64,000 bases of DNA from Macrostomum lignano (taxonomy: Eukaryota): contig NIVC01000037.1 of the NCBI GenBank assembly GCA_002269645.1, positions 744,001-808,000 of the forward strand. The letters run 5' to 3'. The position numbers and the translations under genes were made by a program. Below are positions 34,860 to 48,839 of the stretch, piece by piece. Under the pieces are notes generated by a model. That model saw nothing but the letters and a program-made list of their open reading frames with translations. It was not told the DNA's origin and did not search any database. Positions within the stretch are counted from its first letter, which is position 1. Every line of letters begins with the position of its first letter.

Positions 34860-35720
34860 GAGAGAGATAGGTGGGGCACCGAGAGAGATGGATGGGGCAC
34901 CGAGAGAGATGGGTGGGGCACCGAGAGAGATGGATGGGGCACGGAGAGAGATGGATGGGGCAGGCACGGAGAGAGATGGATGGGGCAGGCACGGAGAGAG
35001 ATAGATGGGTCAGGCACGGAGAGAAATAGATGGGTCAGGCACGGAGAGAGATAGATGGGTCAGGCACGGAGAGAGATGGATGGGGCAGGCACGGAGAGAG
35101 ATAGATGGGACAGGCACGGAGAGAGATGGATGGGGCAGGCACGGAGAGAGATAGATGGGACAGGCACGGAGAGAGATAGATGGGACAGGCACGGAGAGAG
35201 ATGGGTGGGGCACCGAGAGAGATGGATGGGGCAGGCACGGAGAGAGATAGATGGGTCAGGCACGGAGAGAGATGGATGGGGCAGGCACGGAGAGAGATGG
35301 GTGGGGCACCGAGAGAGATGGATGGGGCAGGCACGGAGAGAGATGGGTGGGGCACCGAGAGAGATGGATGAGGCAGGCACCGAGAGAGATGGGTGGGGCA
35401 CCGAGAGAGATGGATGGGGCAGGCACCGAGAGAGATGGATGGGGCAGGCACGGAGAGAGATGGATGGGGCAGGCACGGAGAGAGATGGATGGGGCAGGCA
35501 CGGAGAGAGATGGATGGGGCAGGCACGGAGAGAGATAGATGGGTCAGGCACGGAGAGAGATGTATGGGTCAGGCACGGAGAGAGATAGATGGGTCAGGCA
35601 CGGAGAGAGATGGATGGGGCAGGCACGGAGAGAGATAGATGGGACAGGCACGGAGAGAGATGGATGGGGCAGGCACGGAGAGAGATAGATGGGGCAGGCA
35701 CGGAGAGAGATGGATGGGGC
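34860..35720. repeat. 25-bp minisatellite GGGCAGGCACGGAGAGAGATGGATG
   Basis: Period 25. Confidence 0.93.
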
Positions 35721-35930
35721 AGAGAGACAGAGAGCAAGAGGGAAGGAGACAAAGGGGTAGAAAAGAATGAGAAAGGGAGGGATAAAGGAAAGGAGATGGG
35801 AAGAAGAATGGGAAAGATAGTACAGCGACGGAGAGAGGGGAAAGGACAGGGGAGGGGAAAAAGAGAAGTAGGCACCGGGCAGCGAGAGAGGAAGAGAGAA
35901 GTAAAGAGAGAAGGAGAGAGAAAAAGAAGA

Positions 35931-36006
<76 letters not shown>

Positions 36007-37500
36007 CTGGGGAGGGTGGGGGAGAGGGAGAGAGAGAAAGGAGAGAGAGGGGGGGAGGGAGAGAGGGAAAGAGAGAGAGTGAGATAAAGAGATAAAGGGA
36101 GAGAGAGAGATAGATAGAGAGGGAGAGAGAAGTAGGAAGAGGGAGGGATGGAGGGAGAAGTAAGGGAGAGAGGAAAGGAAGGGGAGGGGGTGGATGGGAG
36201 GGAGTTGGCGGAGCTGAAGGATAAATGGTAGCAGTAGTGTCAGAGGAAAGCTCAATAGCGTGCGACAAGAGACTGAAATTAGGCCGTTTCAGAAAATTTC
36301 TGACACCAAAATTTCGGCCGGCACGACCAAGCCCAGCACCCTGCGCAGATTTAAAAGTACTTTTTGGGAGTGAAAGCACTTTTTTGAGCACTTTTCATCA
36401 TCGTATGGCTGTGCCACCCGAGAGTCTGTGTTGCGGTTTATTGCAACTATGATTGCTATTGTTGGTCATGTCCAACTCAACACCAGACAGACAGCCTGCA
36501 CTTTTGGTCTAAACTTTACTTCATAGGTCCGGTTTCTCTAATCTCCCTAATCTATCTATACCTCTCTCCCTCTCCCTCTGTCCCCCTTCTCTCTCTCCCT
36601 CTCTCCCTCTCCCTCTGTCCCCCTTCTCTCTCTACTCGTACGTCTCCCTCTCCGTCTCTCCCTCTCTCCCTCTCCGTCTCTCCCTCTCCCTCTCCCTCTC
36701 TCCCTCTCCCTCTCCTTCTCTCCCTCTCCCTCTCTCCCTCTCCCTCTCCATCTCTCCCTCTCTCCCTCTCCCTCTCCTTCTCTCCCTCCCCCTCTCTCCC
36801 TCCCCTCTCTCCCTTTTCTCTCTCCCTCTCCCTCTCTCCCTCTCTCCCTCTCCCTCTCTCCCTCTCCCTCTTCCTCTCCTTCTCTCCCTCTCCCTCTCCT
36901 TCTCTCCCTCTCCCTCTCCTTCTCTCCTCTCCCTCTCCTTCTCTCCCTCTCTCCCTCTCCCTCTTCTTCTCTCCCTCTCTCCTTCTCCCTCTCCATCTCT
37001 CCCTCTCCCTTCCATCTCTCCCTCTCCCTCTCCCTGTCCCTCTCTCCCTCCCCTCTCTCCTTTTTCTCTCTCCCTCTCCCTCTCTCCCTCTTTCGCTCTC
37101 CTTCCTTCCCTCTCTTTCTATTCCTCTCTCCCTCTCTCCCTCTCCCTCTCTCCCTCTTCCTCTCCGTCTCTCTCTCTCCCTCTCCCTCTCTCCCTCTCTC
37201 GCTCTCCTTCTCTCCCTCTCCCTCTATCCCTCTTTCCCTCTCTGTCTCTCTTTCTCTCCCTGTCCATCGGCCCCCTTCTCTCTATACCTCTCCCTCTCCG
37301 TCTCTCCCTCTCTCCCTCTCCCTCTCCCTCTCTCCCTCTCCTTCTAATTCTCTCCCTCTCTCCCTCTCCCTCTCCCTCTCTCCCTCTCCCTCTCTCCCTC
37401 TCCTTCTAATTCTCTCCCTCTCTCCCTCCCGTCTCCCCCTCTCCCTCTTTCCCCCTCTTTCTCTCTCTGCTCCCTTCACCTCTTTTTCCGTTTTTACCAT
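35720..37500. repeat. Polypurine block (35720-36210, including (AG)n) and polypyrimidine block (36545-37500) around a unique core
   Basis: Seen directly. Confidence 0.9.
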
Positions 37501-39289
37501 TCTCTACATTTTCTTCACTTCGCCTACTCCCAAGTATCACCCTTCGTTCCCTTGTATTTCTTTTATTTTCTTACTTCTGATCTCATGATCCCACACTTAC
37601 ACTTCTCCATCTCTCAGTATATTCCCTATTCCCCATCTCTTTATCGCACTCTCATCTCATCTTATCCCGCTAGCCCCTCTCCCCTGCTTGCCAGCGCGAG
37701 CTGATGACGCGGAAAACACACGAGATGTTGATTCGGGGGTCGCCTGAGGCTTGACGCTCGGCAAGAATCGAGGAGAAACTGGAGGCTGAGCGATGGTGCC
37801 AAGGATGAAGAAGGGGGGAAGGGGGGTTGCGAGGCATTGGAGAAAGCTTGATCGATTACTTTCTACCCCACCCCTCTGGACTTCGTTAGCTCACTCCCTA
37901 ATCTCGCCATTCACTCTCTCTCTCTGGGTAGAAACTAACCGATCTCGATAGGGAAAAAATCCTCAAGGTAAAAATCGATCCGTTCGCTCTTAGATTGTAG
38001 GTAATTTTTCTCTTCTCGCCTGACCTGGCTTAGTTCAGAACAATGCTGGGATCAATGCAATGCCTATTATTGTATAATGCTGCGGGATTAAAGAAGCTGT
38101 AGATTAATTTAGCTCTTTGATACTTTTGCTATGGATGCGAAATCATCGAAAAAGTTTAATTGGTTTTCCTAGAAACAAAAGGTATTTTCTTTTTCAATAG
38201 TAGCATCTCAAGCATTTTTCCGCCAATTTGCGCATCAGTCTACTTACTGATTGCTAAGTAGTGCAGTAGTTTTTATGTGAAATTTTCTTATTAAAAATTG
38301 ACTTCAAATTTTATTTTAAGCGATCTAAAATAATATTTATGTCTGTCTGTTTGACTGGTTGCCTATTCAGTTGCGTACTAACCGCGGCAGGCTCTACTTA
38401 ACTTACAGTGCGACAAGGCTGAGTAATAAGCAGTAAATGCAAGTCAAGCAGTTAAGAGGACATTGGCAGAGAAGAGCCAATAAAGGGCTGGGCTGCTCGG
38501 GTAGGGAACTATCAGGAAAGATTCGGGATGAGACCTGCTGGCTTAGGAGGCGATCAATCAAGCAGGAAAACTCGATTTAGGCAGCTTCCCAGCCCCACCC
38601 CAACGGTTTGCCTCATCATCTGCGCCACATCCTCTCAAAGCTTGTTAGAGTCCCCCCATCTCCAGGGCAGCAGGCCAGGTGCTTCCTACATATGAAGGAT
38701 GAGGGAATATGCCAGCATTAGCCACGCTTGTATCCTTGGTATTGTGCCATAGACATTTATACAGAAGTCAGCCTGACGGTGCGGCATTAAGTCTGGGGCC
38801 AGAATGGGGGTGCGACCATAGACTATTTGATCCTTGAACGAGTCAAAGTTAAAAACTAGAGTTAAAAATTAGCGGACACTTATTCGTTAAGTTTTAATTG
38901 CAAGAGCCTACGGTATTCGCTAATTATTTAAGCGGCCATGACTCATTGTTTAGCAATTTGACGATCATTATTCACATTTTTAATGCAGAACAATCCATTA
39001 CTACAAACAATGCATTGTCTGTAGGATCGTCAAACAGAAAAACAATGCGAAGAATCAGCGGTCCCAGTGATCGCAGTAAGCGGACCGCTGATTATTTATC
39101 CATTGATTGTACGATAATATAAAAGATTGCTTGGCTGCAGAGGGTCTATGGTCGAAACTCCTTGGGGATTTATACTTCCATTGGCTGGTAAAGTCTATAA
39201 ATCTGGTGGCATCGTTTGAAATTTATACCGAAATTTGTCTTATTTACAGGCAGAGTAGTGCCTGTCAGTGTCTGTGTAATGAGTATGTG

Positions 39290-39720
39290 TGTCTGCCTGT
39301 GTGCGTCTGTCTGTCTGTCTGTCTTAGTGTCTGTCTGTCTGTCTGTCTGTCTGTCTTAGTGTCTGTCTGTCTGTATGTCTGTCTGTCTGTCTGTCTGTCT
39401 TAGTGTCTGTCTGTCTGTATGTCTGTCTGTCTGTCTGTCTGTCTGTATGTCTGTCTGTCTGTCTGTCTGATTAGTGTCTGTCTGATTAGTGTCTGTCTGA
39501 TTAGTGTCTGTCTGATTAGTGTCTGTCTGATCAGTGTCTGTCTGATCAGTGTCTGTCTGATTAGTGTCTGTCTGATTAGTGTCTGTCTGATTAGTGTCTG
39601 TCTGATTAGTGTCTGTCTGATTAGTGTCTGTCTGATTAGTGTCTGTCTGATTAGTGTCTGTCTGATTAGTGTCTGTCTGATTAGTGTCTGTCTGATCAGT
39701 GTCTGTCTGATTATTATCTG
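39290..39720. repeat. (GTCT)n grading into 15-bp GTCTGTCTGATTAGT
   Basis: Seen directly. Confidence 0.93.
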
Positions 39721-40609
39721 TATAATTTTCCTAGTCTGATAGTTCAATAAAGCCTCGTTGACGCACTAAGAAATATAAGAAAATAAAAGTACATTTAGTA
39801 TTCACCCTCCATCTTGTCGGTTTCTTACCTTTTTTCTAGTAAAAGTTGCAGACAAAATTGTGGGAAACAGAAAGTGTGGGAAGATGGTTGCTTGCTAGCG
39901 GTGTCCCACCAGGAGTCTGGGTGCCTACTCGGCGCCAAATTTTATCCCCTGTCCCGTCAGCTCCCCCCCCCCTACTAAGTCGCTGGGCGGATGAGAAGTT
40001 ATTGGCTCCCCTGTAGGTGGGCGGATTTTCCTTGCCCACTGCACTCTGCACCCTGAGAGACAGCGCGTATCGTTTTTTAGGAGAACGGGGAAAGTATAGT
40101 ATGAACTCTCGCGGCAAGACTTTCGCAGTTGTCGCAGGAATTGTCTTGGTTGTTCTGGGTGAATTCCAATGGTTCTTCAGGTGAATTTTTTTGGTTCTTG
40201 TGGGGATTTCCATAGGTTCTTCTGGGGAGTTACTGTGGTTATTTTTCCTAACTCCTGGTTCTTCCTTGTTCCTTGGAATTCCCGGTTTACTCGGTTTTTG
40301 CTTGAAACCGAGCAAGTTACTGGCCTGGCTCGAGGACTGAAACCTTGAGGAAATTCTGTCTGTAAGGAAAAAATCACTTCAATGCTACGAGATATCTATG
40401 CATATGAGCAGCACAAACCGCATTGAATTTGCAGTATAGAATGTTTCAAACTATTTTGCAAAATTCTCTGCAACCACAATCCCAAAACTCTCCATTCACC
40501 GCGCGCAAAATGTCAGTTTGATTCACTATATGCACGTGCGAGTAGGAGCGGATTAACGAATAAAGGCTGCATAAGTCGAGTGTTACTAAGCCTAAACTTA
40601 CTGTATTAA

Positions 40610-41307
<698 letters not shown>

Positions 41308-41616
41308 ATAGCTATTGCTAGAAATTTAACGAACTCAAACTAGGGTAAAGTCAGCCTCTGCTTTTTTAAGGTAGAGTACGTAGTTCCTTTTTAGGGAGAC
41401 TGTCGGAGACCAAGTGCCAAGCGACAGAAGATGGCTCTCATAATTTAATGTTGAAGACACTGCACAGCAAAGTCAGGGGTCTGGACTTCCTTTAAGTAAG
41501 GGACTGCGGTCAAGTGCTCCCTCCCCACTGAGAGAGTGCGGGAGAAACTTGGACTTTGGAGTGTCAGTCTTTCAGCCTTTCAGGCAAGCCATTCTCAAAA
41601 GCCATTCACTCATGCC

Positions 41617-42090
41617 GGGGAGTCCCAGAGAGGGAGAGGGGGTCTGCAGCGGAAGGCTCAGGGAGTCCCAGAGAGGGAGAGAGGGTCTGCAGCGGCAGGC
41701 TCAGGGAGTCCCAGAGGCAGGCAGGGTCTGCAGCGGCAGGCTCAGGGAGTCCCAGAGGGAGAGAGGGTCTGCAGCGGCAGGCTCAGGGAGTCCCAGAGGG
41801 AGAGAGGGTCTGCAGCGGCAGGCTCAGGGAGTCCCAGAGGCAGGCAGGGTCTGCAGCGGCAGGCTCAGGGAGTCCCAGAGGGAGAGAGGGTCTGCAGCGG
41901 CAGGCTCAGGGAGTCCCAGAGGGAGGGAGGGTCTGCAGCGGCAGGCTCAGGGAGTCCCAGAGGCAGGCAGGGTCTGCAGCGGCAGGCTCAGGGAGTCCCA
42001 GAGGGAGGGAGGGTCTGCAGCGGCAGACTCAGGGAGTCTCAGAGAGGGAGAGAGGGTTCGCAGATCCAGGGTCAGGGAGTTCCAGAGAGA
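41617..42090. repeat. 41-bp minisatellite GGGTCTGCAGCGGCAGGCTCAGGGAGTCCCAGAGGGAGAGA
   Basis: Period 41 (41765 to 41806). Confidence 0.93.
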
Positions 42091-42891
42091 ATTACAGAGC
42101 CCTAAAGCAAATAAAAGTGCCCCATAACCATGCTTCTATCCTAAAGCGCTCATGATCCTCATGCAGGAGTCGCTCTGAATTCGGCTTAAGCCTGAAGCAG
42201 AACACGTCCCTTAACTTCTTGTGCCGCTCCAAAGCAGGGATTTTGGTCCCCATCCTGTCTGTTTGCTCCGCAGACTGGCAGGTGCCGCAGGAGTTCAAGC
42301 CAGCCATCATTAATTTAGCAAGCCAGAGGACATTTGCCCAAGGCCCAAATCAATTCCTCAAAGCTTTGCGGCAGGAACTGCTTACACTGAGCCTAGGTCT
42401 GCGCATTGATCTGACAGGGATGGGACTCGAAATTGCCGCTAAAGAAGAAATTTTTCCCGGCACTCTTTCGCTTCCCGCCTTCCGCAGAAGCAGCGAAGCA
42501 TCTTCCCGGCTTAGTAGGGATGTCTACTTTATTCTTCATAAGCCTCCTCTGCTATCCCTCTGTAAGCCCTCTGGCCTGGCGCTTTTTATTGCTTTATAGA
42601 TTCTGCACCGCTGCACTTGATGGAATTTCGCTCACGTAGTCAGCCTCTCCGCCTCAGCAGTCAGTCAGTGTGAGCACTTTATACTACTCAGTTCAACAGG
42701 AACCCCTAGGTGATCACCGCCCGCCCTCGTACTTGCTTGTCCATTTTTGCCAAGCCGCAACTGCTCGCAACTCAGGGCTGGCGCTAATTTGGCTTCCTTT
42801 TTAATTCAGATCATTGCGCCTGAGAGCGAAGCTTTACTCCGCCAGCTTATTAGTACAAGAAGCTCTTCAAGGCGCTCGAGAATATACTCAC

Positions 42892-44993
42892 TGCTCAGCG
42901 CCGCTCGCATGCCAGGAATCCCAACCGCCATTTGATAGTGCAGGCTCTGCCTGTCAGCCTGGGCATGGGCCAGGCCGCGGGCTCCGCGCGCAACTGAAGC
43001 CGCTGGAGTGTTGTTGGGGCTCTGGAAATTGTGCGGAAATCGCTATCAGTTGCTTCTGATACTGCGCACTTCTGATACAGCGCGCTTCTGATACTGCGCG
43101 CTTCTGATACTGCGCGCTTCTGATACAGCGCGCTTCTGATACTGCGCGCTTCTGATACTGCGCGCTTCTGATACTGCGCGCTTCTGATACTGCGCGCTTC
43201 TGATACTGCGCGCTTCTGATACTGCGCGCTTCTGATACTGCGCGCTTCTGATACTGCGCGCTTCTGATACTGCGCGCTTCTGATACTGCGCGCTTCTGAT
43301 ACTGCGCGCTTCTGATACTGCGCGCTTCTGATACTGCGCGCTTCTGATACTGCGCGCTTCTGATACTGCGCGCTTCTGATACTGCGCACTTCTGATACTG
43401 CACGCTTCCGATACTGCGCGTTTCTGATACTGCGCGCTTCTGATACTGCGCGCTTTTGATACTGCGCGCTTCTGATACTGCGCGCTTCTGATACTGTGCG
43501 CTTCTGATACTGCGCGATTCTGATACTGCGCGCTTCTGATACTGCGCGCTTCTGATACTGCGCGCTTCTGATACTGCGCGCTTCTGATACTGCGCGCTTC
43601 TGATAGTGTACCTTGTTGGGTTTAAACCGTTGACTTAGCGGACTGCGGTGCTGCTGCTGCTGCTGCTGCTGCTGGGCCTGCTGCTGCTGCTGCTGCTGGG
43701 CCTGCTGGTACTCCAGCCTGCTGGCCAGTCCAGTCAGACTGTCGTGCAACACCTTCAGATGCGGCGACTCGGACAAATCTGTACCATCGTCGACTTTGAT
43801 GTTGCCGCCATTTGACTTTGCAGTGCCAGTCAGCGCCTGCTGACTGTTGGAAGATATCTGGATTGGAGATGTTGACAGAGCACGTATTGCTGCAATATTT
43901 ATTTATCTGAAAATCGATAGACAGAAATCCCGGGATAACAATTGACAACCGTGGAATTCCTGGAATGCCGAAATTGACGTCGCCGATTTTCGAGACTGCG
44001 CCGCTCGGCCTCCTGTTGGTTGCCGCTGCTGGCTGAACTGAAAATGTTGTTTTTATTCTACTCATAGTAATATTGAAGTCATTCTTTTCGAAATGTTTCA
44101 TTTAATGCGGTATTTTGGGCAACTGGGCTGCTAATGCGTAATAATAAGAGCACAATTCTGAGTCTCAAGGGGATGTCAAAGTGAATGCCAACGGATTGTC
44201 AAAGTGGGTGTCAGCAGATGTCAAAGTGGGTGTCAGTAGATGTCAAAGTGGGTGCCAGTAGATGTCAAAGTGGGTGTCAGTAGATGTCAAAGTGGGTGTC
44301 AGTAGATGTCAAAGTGGGTGTCAGCAGATGTCAAAGTGGGTGTCAGCAGATGTCAAAGTGGGTGCCAGTAGATGTCAAAGTGGGTGTCAGTAGATGTCAA
44401 AGTGGGTGTCAGCAGATGTCAAATTGGGTGTCAGTAGATGTCAAAGTGGGTGTCAGCAGATGTCAAAGTGGGTGTCAGCAGATGTCAAAGTGGGTGTCAG
44501 CAGATGTCAAAGTGGGTCAGCAGATGTCAAAGTGGGTGTCAGCAGATGTCAAAGTGGGTGTCAGCAGATGTCAAAGTGGGTGTCAGCAGATGTCAAAGTG
44601 GGTGCCAGTAGATGTCAAAGTGGGTGTCAGTAGATGTCAAAGTGGGTGTCAGCAGATGTCAAAGTGGGTGTCAGCAGATGTCAAAGTGGGTGTCAGCAGA
44701 TGTCAAAGTGGGTGTCAGCAGATGTCAAAGTGGGTGTCAGCAGATGTCAAAGTGGGTGTCAGCAGATGTCAAAGTGGGTGTCAGCAGATGTCAAATTGAG
44801 TGTCAGCAGATGTCAGGGTATTTGTCAGGAGATGCGAAAGTGTGTGTCAGGGGATACCTAAGCGAGGTTAAGATTTCCAATTAAAGTATTCTGTAAACTC
44901 ACGGCGAGTCTTCCCGACAGCTGTGAGGCTCGACAGGCTCGCCCTCCCTGCTCATCGCTCCGTCAGGGTTATTTTCCTTAGCAACTATCAGAT
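42892..44993 (-). CDS. Three internal exons of an unidentified gene: 44993-44903, 43843-43612, 43021-42892 (polyQ-containing)
   Basis: Canonical CAG and GT(GAGT/ACAC) sites with matching phases give LIVAKENNPDG...EDSP|QQALTG...HLKVLHDSLTGLASRLEYQQAQ(n)...FKPNK|SPNNTP...SLHYQMAVGIPGMRAALS. No homologue recognised; start and end not found. Confidence 0.65.
43056..43606. repeat. 16-bp CpG-rich minisatellite CTGCGCGCTTCTGATA, intronic
   Basis: Period 16; fills intron 43611-43022. Confidence 0.95.
44195..44830. repeat. 22-bp minisatellite GTCAGCAGATGTCAAAGTGGGT, intronic
   Basis: Period 22; in intron 44902-43844. Confidence 0.95.
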
Positions 44994-45519
44994 CTGGAGT
45001 GCAAATTTGACTGTCAGAAAGAGTTCCTTCGGCAATAAATACGAGTATATAAAGGGATTTTTAAAGGGGATTTCTGTGAAAGTGGAATTTCTGTCAAAGT
45101 GGGATTTCTATCAAAGTGGGATTTCTGTCAAAGTGGGATTTCTGTCAAAATGGGATTTCGTCGAATCGTGTTTTTGTTAGGGAGGGATTTCTCAAATTCT
45201 CGAGCTTCTCGAGCAGTGCCGAGCTGCCTCTGAGCAGGCTGAGCTTTTCAGTTTCAATCGCTTTATTTTGTTTTTATGCGGGAAAATTGACAGATTGCAA
45301 ATCGCTCAGAATCTGTTTAGCATAGATGGATGGCAGGTGTCTGACTCAGATCCCTCAAAAGCGTTGGCTCACAATTTATCACTATCTCAAAGTCGTCCAA
45401 TCTATCTTCATAAGGCTGACTTGTACTTTTTTAATTTTTCGTTGAAATGCAGAAAAGCGTTGCCGTATCAAAATCCCTAGCTTTTGAGTCCTACTCGTGA
45501 TGGAGCGTGAATCAATGAC

Positions 45520-45835
45520 CCAAACTGTCTGACATGAACAGCCTATGACTCAAACTAATTGACACAGTCTATGACTTAAACTGTCTATGATTCGAGCTGT
45601 CTGACTTAAACTGTCTATGGCTCAAACTGTCTATGACTCAAACTTTCTATGACTCAAACTGTCTATGACTCAAACTGTCTATGACTCAAACTGTCTATGA
45701 CTCAAACTGTCTATGACTCACACTGTCTATACCTCAAACTGTCTATGGCTCAAACTGTCTATGACTCAAACTGTCTATGACTAAAATCATCTGACTCAAA
45801 CTATGGCTCTAATTATCTATGACTCAATCTGTCTA
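45520..45835. repeat. 16-bp minisatellite ATGACTCAAACTGTCT
   Basis: Period 16; the unit contains TGACTCA. Confidence 0.9.
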
Positions 45836-46284
45836 CATGACTTAAACTGTCTAAAAGATAAAAAAAATCATGACTCATATTTTTCAAAATCAGCGTTCGA
45901 CTATCAGAAACTCCAGACCAAGTCAGCAGAAGTGTACTTTTATAAGTCGAGGCATTTGCTTTTTAAAATTGACATCCGCTTCCTGTTGACTGCCAAAGAC
46001 TGGCTTGGGGGGCTCAAATTCTGATCTGCACATCCGCCTTGCTTTATGGCCGGCACTTATCTTTTGGTGTGGGAGTTTGGACTGGTTTGAGCAATGCGAG
46101 AAGTGGCTATAGGTGAGAAGTGACGGAGAATAAGTTCAGACGATCCGTTCGACAGGAAAGGATAAGTGATAAGGAAGTGATGAATTGAATAATCAATCCA
46201 GTTTCGTAGCTCGCAACAGAGACTGGGAGAATTTCCCCTTGAGTTCTTCGAAGTAGGTGAGAATGGTAGTATTTATCAGGTTAG

Positions 46285-46635
46285 TGATAGAGGTAGACAT
46301 TGGGAGAGAGGTAGTTTTGGGATGAGAGGCAGACATAGAGATAGACATACCGAGAGAGGTGGACTTGGGTTGAGAGGTAGACATAGAGCGAGAGGTAGAC
46401 ATAGAGGGAGAGGTAGACATAGAGCGAGAGGTAGACTTAGGGAGAGAGGTAGACTTGGGGTGAGAGATAGACATACAGGGAGAGGTAGACTTGGATTGAG
46501 AGGTATACGTACAGGGAGAGGTAGACTTGGGGTGAGAGGTAGACATAGAGGGAGAGGTAGACATAGGGAGAGAGGTAGACTTGGGTTGAGAGGTAGACTT
46601 GGGTTGAGAGGTAGACTTGAAGGGAGAGGTAGACA
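46285..46635. repeat. 18-bp minisatellite GAGAGGTAGACATAGAGG
   Basis: Period 18. Confidence 0.88.
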
Positions 46636-47619
46636 CACCGAAAGGAAAAGTTACAGGCAGACATGGGGTAAGAAGTAGACAGGAGGCAGCTAGACAGAAT
46701 GTGAGAGGCAGTTCTGACAGAGCAGGGTCGACTAGCAACTAGAAGAGATCGCAAGGGGAATCCAGGTAAAGAGCAACGCTTTCTTTCGTTGCCCAACAGA
46801 AAAGTGTGCTAGAATTTTAGGCGCGTTGCACTTTCAGAACAGTTGGAGTGGTAGACCGGGCCGGGGGCGAGGTCAGGCAGCATGAGCTCGCACTCACTCA
46901 GGTGAACTTGTCCTCCTGCCGAGGCGAACAGAAATAGAAAGTCGGTGTTCGCGGCTTGAGCTTTTCACCTTCTTTTCGTTGAGCGGGAGGGAGCTTTATT
47001 TTAGAGGCAAACAGACACGGGGAATGGGGTGGAGCAGAGCTGGGAAGTGAAGGGGGAAGCCCCTGCTTCCGGACTTTTTTGTTAGGCTAAGGGGGAGCAT
47101 TTAGAGTGAAGGATCCAGAGGGGGGGGGGTACATTAGCACCTCATTGGTCATTGGGGCAGAAGCAGCAATATCATTGGAGAGCCTGGGAGTTGCCATGCT
47201 TGTCCGATTCGAATTCTCGCACTTTCCTAGAATTCTCGATCTCTGCGTCTCTCTGACTTAAGTGTCAGCATAATTATCTAAGAGCGACATCTGCGTCCAG
47301 TGTGCGATAGAGTGAGTGCAGTTTTATTTATGCTAATTCAATGCGCCCTCAACACTCCCGACCGCTTTTCGAATAATAACATTCGGCCGAGTTGTTAGGT
47401 GGTCACTTCTAACTGAAAGTGTGCGGCACTTTCTACTTTCTGTGGCGAATTCCATAGAAACGAAATTTTTGTCTGTCACGTACTAACTATTTGAAATTTG
47501 ATATTTGTTAATCTTCTACTGAACTGTCGTAACTCGCGCGGGAGTTTTCTGTTAAGCACGATTTTAAAAAAGAGGGGGACTGTGGAAAACAAGGGGAGAA
47601 AAGAAAAAATTAGGAAATA

Positions 47620-48607
47620 TGAGTTCATAAGTTTATGAGTGATTCCATGAGAGAGTTCATGAGTTGCTTTATGAGTGAGTTTAAGTGAGTTTATGAGTGA
47701 CTTCCCATATACTAAAAATGGTCTGTCTGTGTCTTTATGACTGACTTTATGAGTGAGTTTTTGAGTGACTTTATGAGTGAGTTTATGGGTGAGTTTATGA
47801 GTGAGTTTATGAGTGAGTTTATGAGTGAGCTCATGAGTGAGTTTATGAGTGAGCTCATGAGTGAGTTTATGAATGAGTTTATGAGTGAGTTAATGAGTGA
47901 GTTTATGAATGAGTTTATGAGTGAGTTTATGAATGAGTTTATGAGTGAGTTTATGGGTGAGTTTATGAGTGAGTTAATGAGTGGGTTTATGGGTGAGTTT
48001 ATGAGTGAGCTCATGAGTGAGTTTATGAATGAGTTTATGAGTGAGTTTTTGAGTGAGTTTTTTGAATGAGTTTATGAGTGAGTTTATGGGTGAGTTAATG
48101 AGTGAGTTAATGAGTGAGTTTATGGGTGAGTTTATGGGTGAGTTTATGGGTGAGTTTATGAGTGAGTTTATGAGTGAGTTTATGAGTGAGTTTATGAGTG
48201 AGTTTATGAGTGAGTTTATGAGTGAGCTCATGAGTGAGTTTATGAATGAGTTTATGAGTGAGTTAATGAGTGAGTTTATGAATGAGTTTATGAGTGAGTT
48301 TATGAATGAGTTTATGAGTGAGTTTATGGGTGAGTTTATGAGTGAGTTAATGAGTGGGTTTATGGGTGAGTTTATGAGTGAGCTCATGAGTGAGTTTATG
48401 AATGAGTTTATGAGTGAGTTTTTGAGTGAGTTTTTTGAATGAGTTTATGAGTGAGTTTATGGGTGAGTTAATGAGTGAGTTATTGAATGAGTTTATGGGT
48501 GAGTTTATGGGTGAGTTTATGAGTGAGCTCATGAGTGAGTTTATGAGTGAGTTCATGAGTGAGTTTATGGGTGAGTTCATGAGTGAGCTCATGAGTGAGT
48601 TTATGAA
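47620..48607. repeat. 12-bp minisatellite ATGAGTGAGTTT with a 373-bp higher-order duplication
   Basis: The same variant series recurs 373 bp apart. Confidence 0.94.
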
Positions 48608-48839
48608 CGCATCACGAGTAATTAGTTAGATGGCGAGTGAATAAAAAGGTTCTTGAGCTTTTAAAGCTTTCTCAGAAATAAATATAGAAAAACAACTGAC
48701 AGTCTCAGTAAGCAAGATTTTATTTTCGTGTCAAGCACGTACATGTAATTATCCCATCTAAAAAAGTTTGAGTCTTGTATCATCTATCATCTATCACATC
48801 CCTGTTGCATCAAAATGTCAAGCGCCAGGCGTAGCCAGT

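Noticed and set aside
39836-40377. LTR retrotransposon (TGGCGCC primer-site-like motif near 39930, G-run, gag-like low-complexity ORF)
   Set aside because: No paired LTRs, no RT/RNase H/integrase motifs, and no recognisable tRNA complement beyond 7 nt.
42219-42599. Tyrosine recombinase-like AFRRSSE motif
   Set aside because: A single weak motif; the H-x-x-R and Tyr motifs are absent and the frame ends shortly after.
47620-48607. Interstitial telomeric repeat
   Set aside because: The unit ATGAGTGAGTTT is not TTAGGG or another telomere motif I recognise.
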